NCBI GenBank assembly: GCA_963733375.1
Contig: CAVTDB010000016.1
Coordinates: 1 to 64,000 of the forward strand
From: Nitrospirota bacterium
Lineage (GTDB): Bacteria > Nitrospirota > JACRHJ01
Length of the DNA stretch: 64,000 bases
Reading direction: 5' to 3'
Below are positions 29,787-40,222 of the stretch, one piece after another; within the stretch, counting starts at the first letter, position 1, and every line of letters starts with the position of its first letter. The translations under genes were made by a program, and so were the position numbers. Under the pieces are notes generated by a model. The model saw only the letters and a list, made by a program, of their open reading frames with translations. It made no database searches and had not been told where the DNA came from.

Positions 29787-30413
29787 ATGTACGTCGATAT
29801 GCCGATGCGGCATTTTCTGGACAAGCTGTCGTCCAAATCACCTGAACCCGGAGGCGGAAGCGCGGCGGCCCTTGTAGGCTCGGAGGCGGCGGCGCTGGTG
29901 GGGATGGTATGCTACCTCACGCTGGGGAAGGAGAAGTACGCGGACGTCCAGGCTGAGATCGAGAGGATAAAGGACGAGGCGGAGAGGCTCCGGGCGGAAC
30001 TTCAACGGCTCCTGCAGGAGGATACGGAGGCGTTCGCGGCGGCGGGTGCGGCATACAAGCTGCCGAAGGATACCGACGAGCAGAAGGCCGTCCGTGACGT
30101 AAAGATCCAGGAGGGGCTGAAGGCCGCGACGGAGACTCCTTTTTCGATAGGACAGCGCTCTCTGGAAGTGGCCAGGCTATGTGTCGCGGCGGGGGAAAAG
30201 GGAAATAAAGGCGCGGTATCGGACGCCGGGGTCGCGGCAGTTTTCGCGGACGCCGCCGTGCAGGCCGCCGCCATGAACGTGCGCATAAACCTGGTGTCGA
30301 TAAAGGATGCGGCATACGTGAAAGAGAAATGGGACTCCACGCTTTCGATGATGAAGGAGTCCGGGGAATTAAGAGAGAAGGTAGTAAAAATAACGTACGA
30401 TAAAATTGGATAG
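29787..30413 (+). CDS. fchA: Cyclodeaminase/methenyl-THF cyclohydrolase (FTCD_C family)
   Basis: FLDKLSSKSPEPGGGSAAAL, MVCYLTLGK, KGNKGAVSDAGVA, NVRINL; GGAGG RBS. Confidence 0.88.
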   Translation: MYVDMPMRHFLDKLSSKSPEPGGGSAAALVGSEAAALVGMVCYLTLGKEKYADVQAEIERIKDEAERLRAELQRLLQEDTEAFAAAGAAYKLPKDTDEQKAVRDVKIQEGLKAATETPFSIGQRSLEVARLCVAAGEKGNKGAVSDAGVAAVFADAAVQAAAMNVRINLVSIKDAAYVKEKWDSTLSMMKESGELREKVVKITYDKIG

Positions 30414-30423
30414 GGGGGTTTGA

Positions 30424-31339
30424 ATGTCTGCGACAATTATTGACGGGAACAAGATCGGCGAGGAGATAAAGCTTGAGATAATCAAGGAAGTCGAAGCCCT
30501 GAAGGCAAAGGGTATCGTGCCGGGTATCGCGACGCTTTTAGTGGGAGACAACTACGGCGCGAAGATGTACCGGGGCCAGGTCGAGAAGAACTGCGCCGAG
30601 GTGGGCTTCAATTACATAAACGCGAACCCCGCCGAGACAGCCTCGGAGGCGGAGGTCGTCGAAGCGGTAAAAAAGCTCAACGCGGATAAATCCGTGTCCG
30701 GCATCCTTCCGCTCCGGCCTTTCCCGGCGCAGATAAGCGACTCATCCATCATCAACTCCATCGACGTAAATAAAGACATCGACTGCTTCCATCCGTCCAA
30801 CATGGGCAAGCTGGTCCTGGGCGAGCCTACCTTCCCGCCCGCGACTCCGTCTGCCTGCATCGAGATGCTGGACAGGCTTGGCGTCGATTTTACCGGCGCG
30901 GAGATAGTCGTGGTGGGGCATTGCAAACATCGTCGGCAAGCCCGTGATGCTCATCGCGCTGAACCGTAACGCCACCACGTCCAACGTCCATATCTTCACC
31001 TCCCAGAAAGGCAACACGAAAAAGCACACGCTGGGCGCGGACATACTTATCGTCGCCGCGGGCAAGGCGGGCCTTGTAACGAAAGACATGGTGAAGCCCG
31101 GCGCGATAGTGATAGACGTGGGCATAAACCGAGTTAACGTGCTGGACGCCGAGGGCAAGCCGGTATTAAACGACAAGGGCAAGCCGAAGACGAAGACGGT
31201 CGGCGACGTGGACTTCGAGAACGTGAAAGAGGTGGCATCCGCCATCTCCCCCGTCCCCGGCGGCGTCGGCTCTGTCACGAACATGATGCTTATGAAGAAC
31301 GCGCTCCGCGCCTGCAAGATACAGCACGGGATAGCGTAA
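30424..31339 (+). CDS. folD: Methylene-THF dehydrogenase FolD family (indel near 30925)
   Basis: IIDG, KDIDC, PATP, ADILIVAAG, VKPGAIVIDVGINR, VGDVDF, PVPGGVG. Confidence 0.92.
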
Positions 31340-31438
31340 CCCTCACCCCCTGCCCCTCTCCCAGAGGCGGGCGAGGGGTTAAGGAATGTCATCCGAGCGA
31401 AGTTGTAGGGGCCGACCATCTGGTCGGCCCTTTTTTTA
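31340..31438. repeat. Composite REP-like element (copy B) plus GTAG-type hairpin acting as terminator
   Basis: CCCTCACCCCCTGCCCCTCTCCC..GGCGAGGGGTTAA, ATGTCATCCGAGCGAAG, GTAGGGGCCGACC-atct-GGTCGGCCC-T7. Confidence 0.8.
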
Positions 31439-32639
31439 TTTCCTCTAAACAGCCGCTTTTCCTGTTCCCTCTCCCATAAACAGCGATATATATAATAAAC
31501 AGCCCGGCCGAGACCAGCGCCATTACCGCGCCGTAATAGAACGTCGCGGCGGGGGAGACGTGGTCCCAGAGCCAGCCGCCGATGAGGCTCGCCGGGAGAA
31601 GGGCCAGGCCCACCGCCATGTTGTATATCCCGAAGGCGGTCGCCTTGAACTCCTTCGGTATCACCTCCGCTAAATAGGCTTTCTGTATGCCGTCCGTCAT
31701 GCCCATGAAGAGGCCGTATGCGCCGAAAAGCAGCCATACGCTCCGGATATCCGCGATCCTTGCGAACCCGTAATAGATTGCCGCGAACATAAAAAACGCG
31801 ATGAGGATTATGCGCTTCCTGCCGAACTTGTCCGCCGCGATCCCGGCGGGCATCGAAGTCAGCGAATAAATCGTGTTGTACACCATATATACGATGGGGA
31901 TTGTCAGCGGCCTGATGCCCACACCCTGCGCGCGCAGGATAAGGAAGGCGTCGCTTGAGTTGCCGATGGAGAATATGGTTACGATTATGACGTAGAACCT
32001 GAACCTGCCGCTTAAGACGCTCCAGGAAAACTTCGGCGGAGCGGCGTTTCCCTTGGGCTTAAGTTTTTTCTCCTTTATGAAAAGGATAATGACGACGACC
32101 GCGATAACAGCCGGTATCATCGATACCCAGAAGACCTTGCGGAAGTCGCCTGAGAAAGCCTCCAGCAGGAAGAACGCCGTCGCGGGGCCGATAACCGCTC
32201 CGAACGTATCCATCGCGCGGTGGAAGCCGAAGGCCGCGCCGTAACGGGAAGCTTCGGTGGACTCGGCAATAATGGCGTCCCTGGGCGCGGTGCGCACTCC
32301 CTTGCCGACCCGGTCCAGGAACCTCCCCACCAGCACTACATGCCAGCCGGTAGCGAGCGCGATTATGGGGCGGCTCAAGGTGGATAAGCCGTAACCGCCC
32401 GCCATCAGGCCCTTTCGCTTGCCTAACCTGTCCGACAACCAGCCGGAAAAAATTTTGAGGATGCTGGCGGTGGACTCCGCAATGCCCTCGATAAGGCCGA
32501 TTAATTCCTTGCTCGCACCCAGGACGTTGGCGAGGAACAGCGGCATCAGCGGATAGATCATCTCGCTGCTTATGTCCATAAGCAGGCTGACAACCCCCGC
32601 GACGTATATGTTGCGGCTGAGGCCGAAGGGTTTCTTCAA
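31389..32639 (-). CDS. MFS transporter
   Basis: DISSEMIYP, GWLSDRLGKRK, DRVGKGVRTAPRDA, GFHRAMD, NSSDAFL, ADKFGRK. Confidence 0.93.
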   Translation of the reverse strand: MKKPFGLSRNIYVAGVVSLLMDISSEMIYPLMPLFLANVLGASKELIGLIEGIAESTASILKIFSGWLSDRLGKRKGLMAGGYGLSTLSRPIIALATGWHVVLVGRFLDRVGKGVRTAPRDAIIAESTEASRYGAAFGFHRAMDTFGAVIGPATAFFLLEAFSGDFRKVFWVSMIPAVIAVVVIILFIKEKKLKPKGNAAPPKFSWSVLSGRFRFYVIIVTIFSIGNSSDAFLILRAQGVGIRPLTIPIVYMVYNTIYSLTSMPAGIAADKFGRKRIILIAFFMFAAIYYGFARIADIRSVWLLFGAYGLFMGMTDGIQKAYLAEVIPKEFKATAFGIYNMAVGLALLPASLIGGWLWDHVSPAATFYYGAVMALVSAGLFIIYIAVYGRGNRKSGCLEEIKKGPTRWSAPTTSLG

Positions 32640-32647
32640 CGGTTATT

Positions 32648-33079
32648 TTACTTGACGATGGTGACGGTACAGGGCGAATACGACGCAACCCTCTTTGACA
32701 CGGACCCCAGGAGCCAGTCGGCAATCGCAGACCTGCCGCGGTGCCCCATTATTATCACGTCGCAACCCTTTTCCCCGGCATACTTTACGATCATATCGGC
32801 GGGATGCCCCATGACCACTTCCGTACTGATTTTGACTCCCTTTTTTTCCGCCCGCTCTTTAAGAGCCTTGAACTGCTCTTCGTAGTACTCGGTAATGCCT
32901 TTAATTATCGAGCCCGAGTTGATTAAAGTGGACTCCACCGGTTCGGGCAACTGCGCCACCGAAACGACCAATACAGTCGCGGACTTGTTGGAACACTTGA
33001 CGTCCATCTCCAAGGCAGTGTCGAAAGCCTTGTTGGACTGCTCCGAACCGTCGAAAGCTACAAGCATCTTTCTGAACAT
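32648..33079 (-). CDS. Universal stress protein
   Basis: KMLVAFDGSE, GHPAD.I, IIMGHRG....LLGSVS. Confidence 0.95.
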   Translation of the reverse strand: MFRKMLVAFDGSEQSNKAFDTALEMDVKCSNKSATVLVVSVAQLPEPVESTLINSGSIIKGITEYYEEQFKALKERAEKKGVKISTEVVMGHPADMIVKYAGEKGCDVIIMGHRGRSAIADWLLGSVSKRVASYSPCTVTIVK

Positions 33080-33218
33080 GGCGTCCTCCTTTTAAATAAA
33101 CGTGGTTATAATTCCCGGCTTAAGGCTTAAGATGTTCTACATATTGATTTAAAGATATACGGGAACCGATTGGGCAGTCAAGGTGAATTCGATAAAATCC
33201 GGTAAAGCCACGGTATTC

Positions 33219-33248
33219 TTGACATTGGCTATACGGTGGTGATATGAT
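33219..33248 (+). promoter_or_regulatory. Putative sigma70 promoter of ileS operon
   Basis: TTGACA-18 nt-TATGAT. Confidence 0.55.
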
Positions 33249-33286
33249 TTCCTATTCTATGCATTTAACCTACCCAGGACATTCAA

Positions 33287-36220
33287 ATGGACTATAAAGA
33301 CACGCTGAACCTCCCGCGCACGGAGTTCCCCATGCGGGCGAACCTGGCCGTGAAGGAGTTGGATTTCCTTAAAAGCTGGAAAGAGATGGACCTCTACGGC
33401 AAGCTCCGGGAACGGGACGCCGGACGGGAAAAATTCATACTCCACGACGGCCCGCCCTACGCCAACGGCCATATCCATATCGGACACGCGCTGAACAAGA
33501 TACTGAAGGACATAATCGTGAAGGCCCGGACGATGGAGGGATACGGCGCGCCGTATGTACCCGGCTGGGACTGCCACGGCCTGCCGATAGAGCTGCAGGT
33601 GGACAAGGACTTAAAGGGCAAAAAAGAGACGATGGCCCCCGGCGAATTCCGCGGGCACTGCCGGGAATATGCCAAGAAATTCGTGGAGATACAGCGGGAC
33701 GAGTTTATCCGCTTAGGCGTGATAGGCGACTGGTACAACCCCTACCTCACGATGAACTACGGCTTTGAAGCGTCAATCGTCCGGGAGTTCGGCAAGTTCG
33801 TGGGCAACGGCGGGGTATACAAGGGCAAAAAGCCGATCCACTGGTGCGCGTCCTGCGTGACGGCGCTGGCGGAGGCGGAAGTCGAATACGCCGACCATTC
33901 ATCGAAGTCGGTCTATGTGAAGTTCAAATTGGACGGCACACTCGCGGATTGGGCGGAAAAAAATAACCCGGCGGCTAAAGAGACCTTAAAGAAAATTCAG
34001 GACATGGCGGGGGGGCTGCCTGTTTCCGCCGTAATCTGGACGACTACTCCCTGGACGTTGCCCGCGAACCTCGCGCTTTCCGTGAACCCGGGCTTTGAAT
34101 ATATAGCTAATGCACAGGGAAGGTCATGGAGCGTCTTTTAGTGGCATAGCGCTGGCCGGATGAATATGCAAAGAAATCTTGGGCATTAAGCACTCGGCAC
34201 GGAGGAGTTTTGGACCGTTCGGGTGGAGTCACGAAGGTATAAATACATGCTCTCTCACGTTAAATGGTTCGGACCTTGAGGGCCTTAACTTCCGGCACCC
34301 GTTCCTGGACCGCCTCTCTCCCGTGCTGACGGGCGAGCACGTAACGCTTGAGGCGGGTACGGGAATTGTCCATACCGCGCCGGGGCATGGGCAGGAGGAC
34401 TACGAGATAGGCCAGAAGTACGGCCTCGATATTTATACGCCTGTTGACGACCACGGGAAGTTTACGGACGACGTGAAATTCTTCGCCGGGATGCACGTCT
34501 TCAAGGCGGACAAGGCTATTATAGAGAAGCTGACGGAAGTCGATGCGCTTCTTGCGATGGAGCCGATAACCCACTCCTATCCGCACTGCTGGCGGTGCAA
34601 GAACCCCGTGCTATTCCGCGCGACGGAGCAGTGGTTCATCTCGATGGAGAAGAACGGGCTCCGGGAGAAGGCGCTGGAATATATAAATAAGGTGGAGTGG
34701 GTGCCGGGCTGGGGAATCGACCGCATCCGGGGGATGATAGAGAGCAGGCCGGACTGGTGCATTTCGCGCCAGAGGGCGTGGGGAGTGCCGATCACGATAT
34801 TCCAGTGCGCCGGGTGCGGCGAGCGGCTCATGGATGAGAACATAGTCGAGCATGTGGCGAACCTCATGGAGAAAGCGGGCGCGGATATATGGTTCACCCT
34901 CCCGCCGGAAGAGCTTCTGCCAGAAGGCACAACCTGCCCGAAATGCGGCGGCAAAGAATTTAAAAAGGAAACCGACATCCTGGACGTCTGGTTCGACTCC
35001 GGAGTAAGCCAGGCGGCGGTCCTGAAGAGGCGTCCGGAACTTGCATGGCCCGCGGACTTATACCTGGAAGGCAGCGACCAGCACAGGGGCTGGTTCCAAA
35101 GCTCACTTTTGACTGCCGTCGGCACGGTAGGCGTGGCCCCCTTCAAGAGCGTCCTCACCCACGGGTTCACGGTGGACGGCGAGGGCAAGAAGATGTCCAA
35201 GTCCAAGGGCAACGTTATCGCGCCGCAGAAGGTAATCGACCAGTACGGGGCGGAAATCTTAAGGCTCTGGGTTTCGGCTTCGGACTATACCGAAGACGTG
35301 AGGATATCGGACGAGATACTTAAGCGGCTCTCCGAGGCGTACAGGCGCATAAGGAACACCGCGAGATATATACTGGGGAACTTATCCGACTTCGACCCGG
35401 CTCAAAGACGCCGTGCCGTATAAAGAGATGGCGGAGCTGGACCGCTGGGCGCTCCACAGATTACAGGGGCTGAACCTCAAAATCCGGAAGGCGTACAAAG
35501 ACAGCGAGTTCCATCTCATCTACCACACCCTGCACAACTTCTGCGCCGTGGACATGAGCGCGTTTTATCTGGACGTCCTGAAGGACAGGCTGTACACGGA
35601 GAAGCCCGACGGCGTCCTCAGGCGCTCCGCGCAGACGGCGATGTACGAGATCCTCTCCGGGATGATAAGGCTGATGGCCCCGGTGCTGTCGTTCACGGCG
35701 GAAGAGGTCTGGGCGTTCATCCCGGGAGCGGGCAAGGAGCAGAGCGTGCACCTTGCGGATTTCCCGGAACTTCGAGACGACTGGCTGGACCCGGCTCTTG
35801 AGGAGCGGTGGGATAAAATACTCGCCGTCCGGGGCGAGGCGTCGAAGGTGCTGGAAAAGCTGCGCGCGGACAGGGTAATAGGACATTCCCTGGACGCGAA
35901 GGTGGAAATATACGCGGAGACGAAGCTAGCCGATTTGCTTAATGAATTATGAAGATGAACTTGCGTCGATATTTATCGTATCCGAGGCGCTGATATACCC
36001 GCTTAACTCGGACCGGAAGTCTGCCTACAGGCGTAGGTTGCCGCGGATTTCATTGACTACCGGCCGAGGCGTTAAGGGTGCTACGCAAGCGGAGTTTACG
36101 GTCTCCGCCTCCCCTGCCGAAGGGGTGAAGTGCGAGCGGTGCTGGCAGATCAAAAAAGACGTGGGAATCTCCGAGTCGCACCCTACCCTGTGCGGCAGGT
36201 GCGCGAGTGTTTTAGAATAG
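33287..36220 (+). CDS. ileS: Isoleucine--tRNA ligase type 1 (indels near 34110-34180, 35410, 35945)
   Basis: [44 protein letters not shown]-terminal CERCW...LCGRC. Confidence 0.97.
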
Positions 36221-36229
36221 GTATTGCCA

Positions 36230-36723
36230 TTGTCCCGCAAAAGTAAGATAATATTAATAACCGGAGGCGTTATATTCTGCCTCGACCGGCTGACGAAGCT
36301 CCTGGCGGCGCGCATCTGCAGCTTTGGGACTCGGTCCCGGTTATAAAAGGTTATTTCGACATCACGCTTGTCCATAACACCGGGGCCGCGTTCGGGTTTA
36401 TGGCGGTGGCAAGGCAGTCCTTAAGGCTCCCGTTCCTGCTGATAACCGCGGGGTTTGCGGTGGCGCTCCTTTTATATTTCATTAAAAGGACCGAGGGCCA
36501 TGAGACGCTGACGCTTATCGCGCTCGCGCTGGTCGTGGGCGGGGCGGCGGGTAACATGGCGGACCGGATAGCCTTCGGATACGTGATAGATTTCATAGAC
36601 TGGCACGCTGGCGAGTTTTACCACTGGCCGGCGTTTAATATCGCCGATTCCGGCATTACCGTAGGAGTTTTTATTTTGGCCTACGAGTTCCTGATAAAGA
36701 AAAAATCCGGCTGTACGGCCTGA
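36230..36723 (+). CDS. lspA: Lipoprotein signal peptidase II (indel near 36310)
   Basis: LDRLTK, NTGAAFG, GGAAGNMADR, VIDFID, WPAFNIADS. Confidence 0.94.
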
Positions 36724-36744
36724 AGCGAAGCCGCGGAGGAATGA

Positions 36745-37467
36745 TTGGAAAAACAGATTAGCCAGGTCGAAAAGTACTACAACAAGGGTCTTGACGCCCT
36801 CGATGCGGGCAACTGGCTGCTTGCGGTCCAGTGGTTCAAGAAGTGCATCGAGTTTGACCCCAAATACGCCCCCGCGTACCACGAGCTTGCGGACATCTTC
36901 TACCATAACGAGCAATACGACGCCGCGCTTTCCGTGCTGATAGACGCCATAACGCTGGACCCGAAGGACGCGGAATCCACCTTTGCCCTGGGCAGCGTGT
37001 ACCTGGCCCAGAATAAGTTCCTGGAAGCGCTCCGGGTATTCAAGAGGCTGGAGCAGGAGGCGCCGGAGTTCGCGCCGGAGCTTTATTACAACCTGGGCGT
37101 CTGCTACAAGCACCTGGGCTATACGGAATACGCGATGGATTACCTTAAGCTGGCGCTGGAGGAGGACCCGTCTTATTTCGAGTGCCTTGAGGTAATGGGG
37201 AAGCTCCATTTCGAGGCGGGGAAATTTGACGAGGCCAAGAAAGCTTTTAAAGAGGTCCTGGACGTGGACCCCGGCAACATCGAAGCGCACCATATGCTTG
37301 GAGTCATATATTCCAAGGAGATGGACCTGGACGCCGCTATAAAGGAATGGGAGACCGTGAATATGTCGCCCAATTCCGACGAAGCGCTCCGTACGCTCGC
37401 TTTAACGTCCATATCCGACGCCAAGGCATTAAAAACAAAAGATAAGAAAGAGAGTAAGGAGAAATAA
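36745..37467 (+). CDS. TPR repeat protein
   Basis: Repeated helical units ending DP, YYNLGVCY, AHHMLGVIY. Confidence 0.88.
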   Translation: MEKQISQVEKYYNKGLDALDAGNWLLAVQWFKKCIEFDPKYAPAYHELADIFYHNEQYDAALSVLIDAITLDPKDAESTFALGSVYLAQNKFLEALRVFKRLEQEAPEFAPELYYNLGVCYKHLGYTEYAMDYLKLALEEDPSYFECLEVMGKLHFEAGKFDEAKKAFKEVLDVDPGNIEAHHMLGVIYSKEMDLDAAIKEWETVNMSPNSDEALRTLALTSISDAKALKTKDKKESKEK

Positions 37468-38264
37468 TGCATCCAGTGCTTTTCAATGTCGGTCCGTTCA
37501 CCGTACACACCTACGGCGCCTTGATCGCGCTCGCGTTCCTCGTGGGGCTTATCCTCGCGGCTAAAGAGGCGAAGCGAAAGGGCATAGACCCGGAGCGCAT
37601 GATGGACCTGGGCCTTTACATACTTATCGCGGCGATACTCGGCTCGCGTATTTTCCAGGTCGCCGTGGAACATAAATACTTCTCTCAGAACCCGCTGGAA
37701 ATCTTCAAGATATGGAAGGGCGGACTCGCATTTTACGGCGGGTTTATCGGCGCGGTTTTCATGGGGATATGGTACTTGAGGAAGCATGACATGCCGGTCT
37801 GGAAGGTAGGCGACGCCCTTGCGCCGTCCATCGCGCTCGGACAGGCGATAGGACGCCTTGGATGCCTTTCGGCGGGCTGCTGTTACGGCCTTCCGACCGA
37901 CCTCCCCTGGGGCATCACGTTCAACGCGCCCGGGACGCTCGCGCTGCCCGGCATCCCCCTGCAACCCACCCAGTTATACGAGTCTTTCAGCATGTTCATT
38001 CTGTTCGGCGTGCTGTGGGCGTTGCGCAAGAGGATAAAGGTCGAAGGCCAGCTTTTCTGGACTTACGTGATGTCGTACAGCGTAATCCGGTTTATAATCG
38101 AGTTTTTCCGGGGCGACACGCAGCGCGGCTTCATTCAGATGGGGAGCTTCGACCTCTCCAGCTCCCAGGCGGTCGCCATCTTCGCGTTCATGACCTCGGT
38201 GGTCGCCCTGACGGCGCTCAGGGCGCAGGCGAGGAAGGCAAAAGCGCTTAATCAGGAAGGGTGA
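37467..38264 (+). CDS. lgt: Prolipoprotein diacylglyceryl transferase
   Basis: MHPVLF, WKGGLAFYGG, GQAIGRLGC..AGCCYG, PTQLYE, RFIIEFFRGD. Confidence 0.95.
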   Translation: MHPVLFNVGPFTVHTYGALIALAFLVGLILAAKEAKRKGIDPERMMDLGLYILIAAILGSRIFQVAVEHKYFSQNPLEIFKIWKGGLAFYGGFIGAVFMGIWYLRKHDMPVWKVGDALAPSIALGQAIGRLGCLSAGCCYGLPTDLPWGITFNAPGTLALPGIPLQPTQLYESFSMFILFGVLWALRKRIKVEGQLFWTYVMSYSVIRFIIEFFRGDTQRGFIQMGSFDLSSSQAVAIFAFMTSVVALTALRAQARKAKALNQEG

Positions 38265-38270
38265 ACCAGA

Positions 38271-38552
38271 TTGCCCCGCGCCTGCGACATAGGAAAGAGA
38301 AACAAGCTGGACCCGCGGCTTCGGCGCTGGCTTCTGACTTCCGCGGCGATTTTCGCGTTCATCGGCCTTGCCGGCGGGTCCTACGTGGGATTCGGGATCG
38401 TCACCGGAGAGGCGGCCCTTAAATCCCCCTTCATGGACAAGCTCTTCCTTAATTCGTTTATCGCCGTCTCCGGCGCCGCCGCCGGGATGATATTCGGGGC
38501 GTTCGTGGGCAGCACGCTTTACAGGTTCATCGGGAACCCGCCGAAAAAGTAA
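38271..38552 (+). CDS. Small two-TM membrane protein
   Basis: Two Gly-rich hydrophobic helices; directly downstream of lgt. Confidence 0.55.
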   Translation: MPRACDIGKRNKLDPRLRRWLLTSAAIFAFIGLAGGSYVGFGIVTGEAALKSPFMDKLFLNSFIAVSGAAAGMIFGAFVGSTLYRFIGNPPKK

Positions 38553-38582
38553 TTTTATACCGATAAAAGTTACCCCCTTCCC

Positions 38583-38611
38583 TTGACAATACCGCCTTGT
38601 TGAGTTATCTC
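38583..38611 (+). promoter_or_regulatory. Putative sigma70 promoter
   Basis: TTGACA-17 nt-TATCTC upstream of ferritin-like gene. Confidence 0.45.
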
Positions 38612-38652
38612 TTTAAAAACAATGTTTAATTTCATCCCTTCCGGAGGACGTC

Positions 38653-39072
38653 ATGGCGAGTAAAGAGCTTATGCAGATGCTGAACGACGCGATAGCGATG
38701 GAACTCCAGGTGAGCATCCAGTACATGTGGCAGCACGTTTCTGTCCGCGGCATCAACTCGGAAACGGTGGGCGGAGTGGTAAAGGGCGTCTCCATCACCG
38801 AGATGAAGCACGCGGAGAAGATTGCGGAGCGGCTGGATTACCTGGGCGGAGTCCCCACCACGAAGCCGAACCCCATCGAGGTGGGCTCGACCACGAAGGA
38901 CATCCTGACTTTAGACAAGAAGGCGGAAGAGGGCACGATAAAGTTTTACAAGGAAGTAATCGCCCAGGCCGCGAAAGAAGGAGACGTGGTGACGAGGAAA
39001 CTTTTTGAAGACATCCTCGCGGACGAGGAAGGCCACCACAACACGTTTTCCACGCTGCTCGAAAAAGATTGA
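38653..39072 (+). CDS. Bacterioferritin-like ferritin family protein
   Basis: Ferroxidase ligands: AME...QY, EMKHAE, AEE, DEEGH; GGAGG RBS. Confidence 0.9.
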   Translation: MASKELMQMLNDAIAMELQVSIQYMWQHVSVRGINSETVGGVVKGVSITEMKHAEKIAERLDYLGGVPTTKPNPIEVGSTTKDILTLDKKAEEGTIKFYKEVIAQAAKEGDVVTRKLFEDILADEEGHHNTFSTLLEKD

Positions 39073-39089
39073 AACACCGCTCTTAAAAC

Positions 39090-39120
39090 AAAAAGCCTGC
39101 CGGAACCGGCAGGCTTTTTT
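39090..39120. terminator. Bidirectional intrinsic terminator
   Basis: AAAAAGCCTGCCGG-aa-CCGGCAGGCTTTTT. Confidence 0.85.
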
Positions 39121-39122
39121 AT

Positions 39123-39485
39123 TTAATCCGCATTTATTTCCCCGTCCGCCCAGCGGCCTATCCGGTCCGCAAAGACGGGGTCCAGGTCTAAAAATTCGAG
39201 GCCTCCCCTGCTGACATTCGTCTTGCCCCCCGAAAACTCGCCGGCCCATCTTACCTTTGCCCGGCACCTGATTATCGATTCCGTACCCGGCAGCGTGAAT
39301 TCCAGCTCCAGTTCATCCCCCTCGCGTATCGGCATATGGGTATGGATGAGCATACCGGAGCGGCTGATGTTCTGCGCGTGGCCGAAGAAACTTTTCGACT
39401 CGTCCAGGACCGGCGCCACGGTAATGACGCTTCCCGGCGAACTCCTTCTGAACCCGGACCTTCTTTCCAATCCTTCGGCATCCAT
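39123..39485 (-). CDS. PilZ domain protein
   Basis: RxxxR (RSGFR) and NISRSG motifs, LEFTLPG, AKVRW, GLEF. Confidence 0.88.
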   Translation of the reverse strand: MDAEGLERRSGFRRSSPGSVITVAPVLDESKSFFGHAQNISRSGMLIHTHMPIREGDELELEFTLPGTESIIRCRAKVRWAGEFSGGKTNVSRGGLEFLDLDPVFADRIGRWADGEINAD

Positions 39486-39596
39486 CCTTTCCCCCCGTTT
39501 TCCTCAAGTCTTATTATTTGCTAAAAATCTCCACAAGTCAAGGGTTCGCGCTAAATATGCTATAATAGGAATAAGTTCTGATAATAGGAGGGTGAC

Positions 39597-39995
39597 ATGA
39601 AAAAAGGGGATGTTTACAAGGATATAGAGGAAACTTTCGGCTTTGTTCCGACCTTCATGAAGTCAATCCCGGATTCCACCATCGAGCACGAGTGGGCGCT
39701 TTTCAAGAAGATCCAGCTTGAAGACAGCTTATCCCGCACAAATACAGGGAACTGATAGGGCTCGGGATAAGCGCGGTTTCCAAATGCCGTTACTGTACGC
39801 TTTTCCATACCGAGATGGCGAAGCTTTACGGGGCGACGGACGAGGAGATCGAAGAGGCGGTGCATTACGCCAAGGCCAGCGCGGGCTGGAGCGCCTATTT
39901 AAACGGGATGCAGGTCGGACTACGACCTTTTCAAGGAGGAACTCGGCAAAGCGACGAAATACGCAAAAAAACACGCCATGAAGAAGGCGGCATAA
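39597..39995 (+). CDS. AhpD-like CMD family protein (indels near 39728 and 39917)
   Basis: AGGAGG RBS; stitched IEETFGFVPTFMK...IPHKYRELIGLGISAVSKCRYCTLFHTEMAKLYGATDEEIEEA. Confidence 0.85.
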
Positions 39996-40050
39996 GGCCC
40001 GGTCGTCAGGGGGTAGAAGGCCGGAAATTGCCATGCCATAGAAGTTTCTA

Positions 40051-40080
40051 TTGACAAATCAGGGCGATTCAGGCTAAATT
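40051..40080 (+). promoter_or_regulatory. Putative promoter of tRNA-tilS-hpt
   Basis: TTGACA-18 nt-TAAATT. Confidence 0.5.
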
Positions 40081-40096
40081 ATGACGCTTTTTCATT

Positions 40097-40173
40097 GGCG
40101 GTGTAGCTCAGGTGGTCAGAGCATGCGGCTCATATCCGCAGTGTCCGGGGTTCAAATCCCTGCACCGCCACCA
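40097..40173 (+). tRNA. tRNA-Met(CAT), elongator type
   Basis: Cloverleaf: GGCGGTG/CACCGCC acceptor, TGCGG-ctCATat-CCGCA anticodon arm, GTTCAAATC T loop, encoded CCA. Confidence 0.95.
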
Positions 40174-40178
40174 AAATC

Positions 40179-40219
40179 AAAACCCTCCCATGCTTAATAT
40201 GATGCCTGGGAGGGTTTTT
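40179..40219 (+). terminator. Hairpin with T-run between tRNA and tilS
   Basis: AAAACCCTCCCA...TGGGAGGGTTTTT. Confidence 0.6.
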
Positions 40220-40222
40220 CAT

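Noticed and set aside
33287-36220. Programmed frameshifting or pseudogenisation of ileS and other split genes
   Set aside because: Indels are scattered over many essential genes with no common slippery motif; sequencing error is simpler
40112-40222. N-terminal extension of TilS in the ORF track
   Set aside because: It is the translated tRNA and hairpin; the real start is ATG 40223
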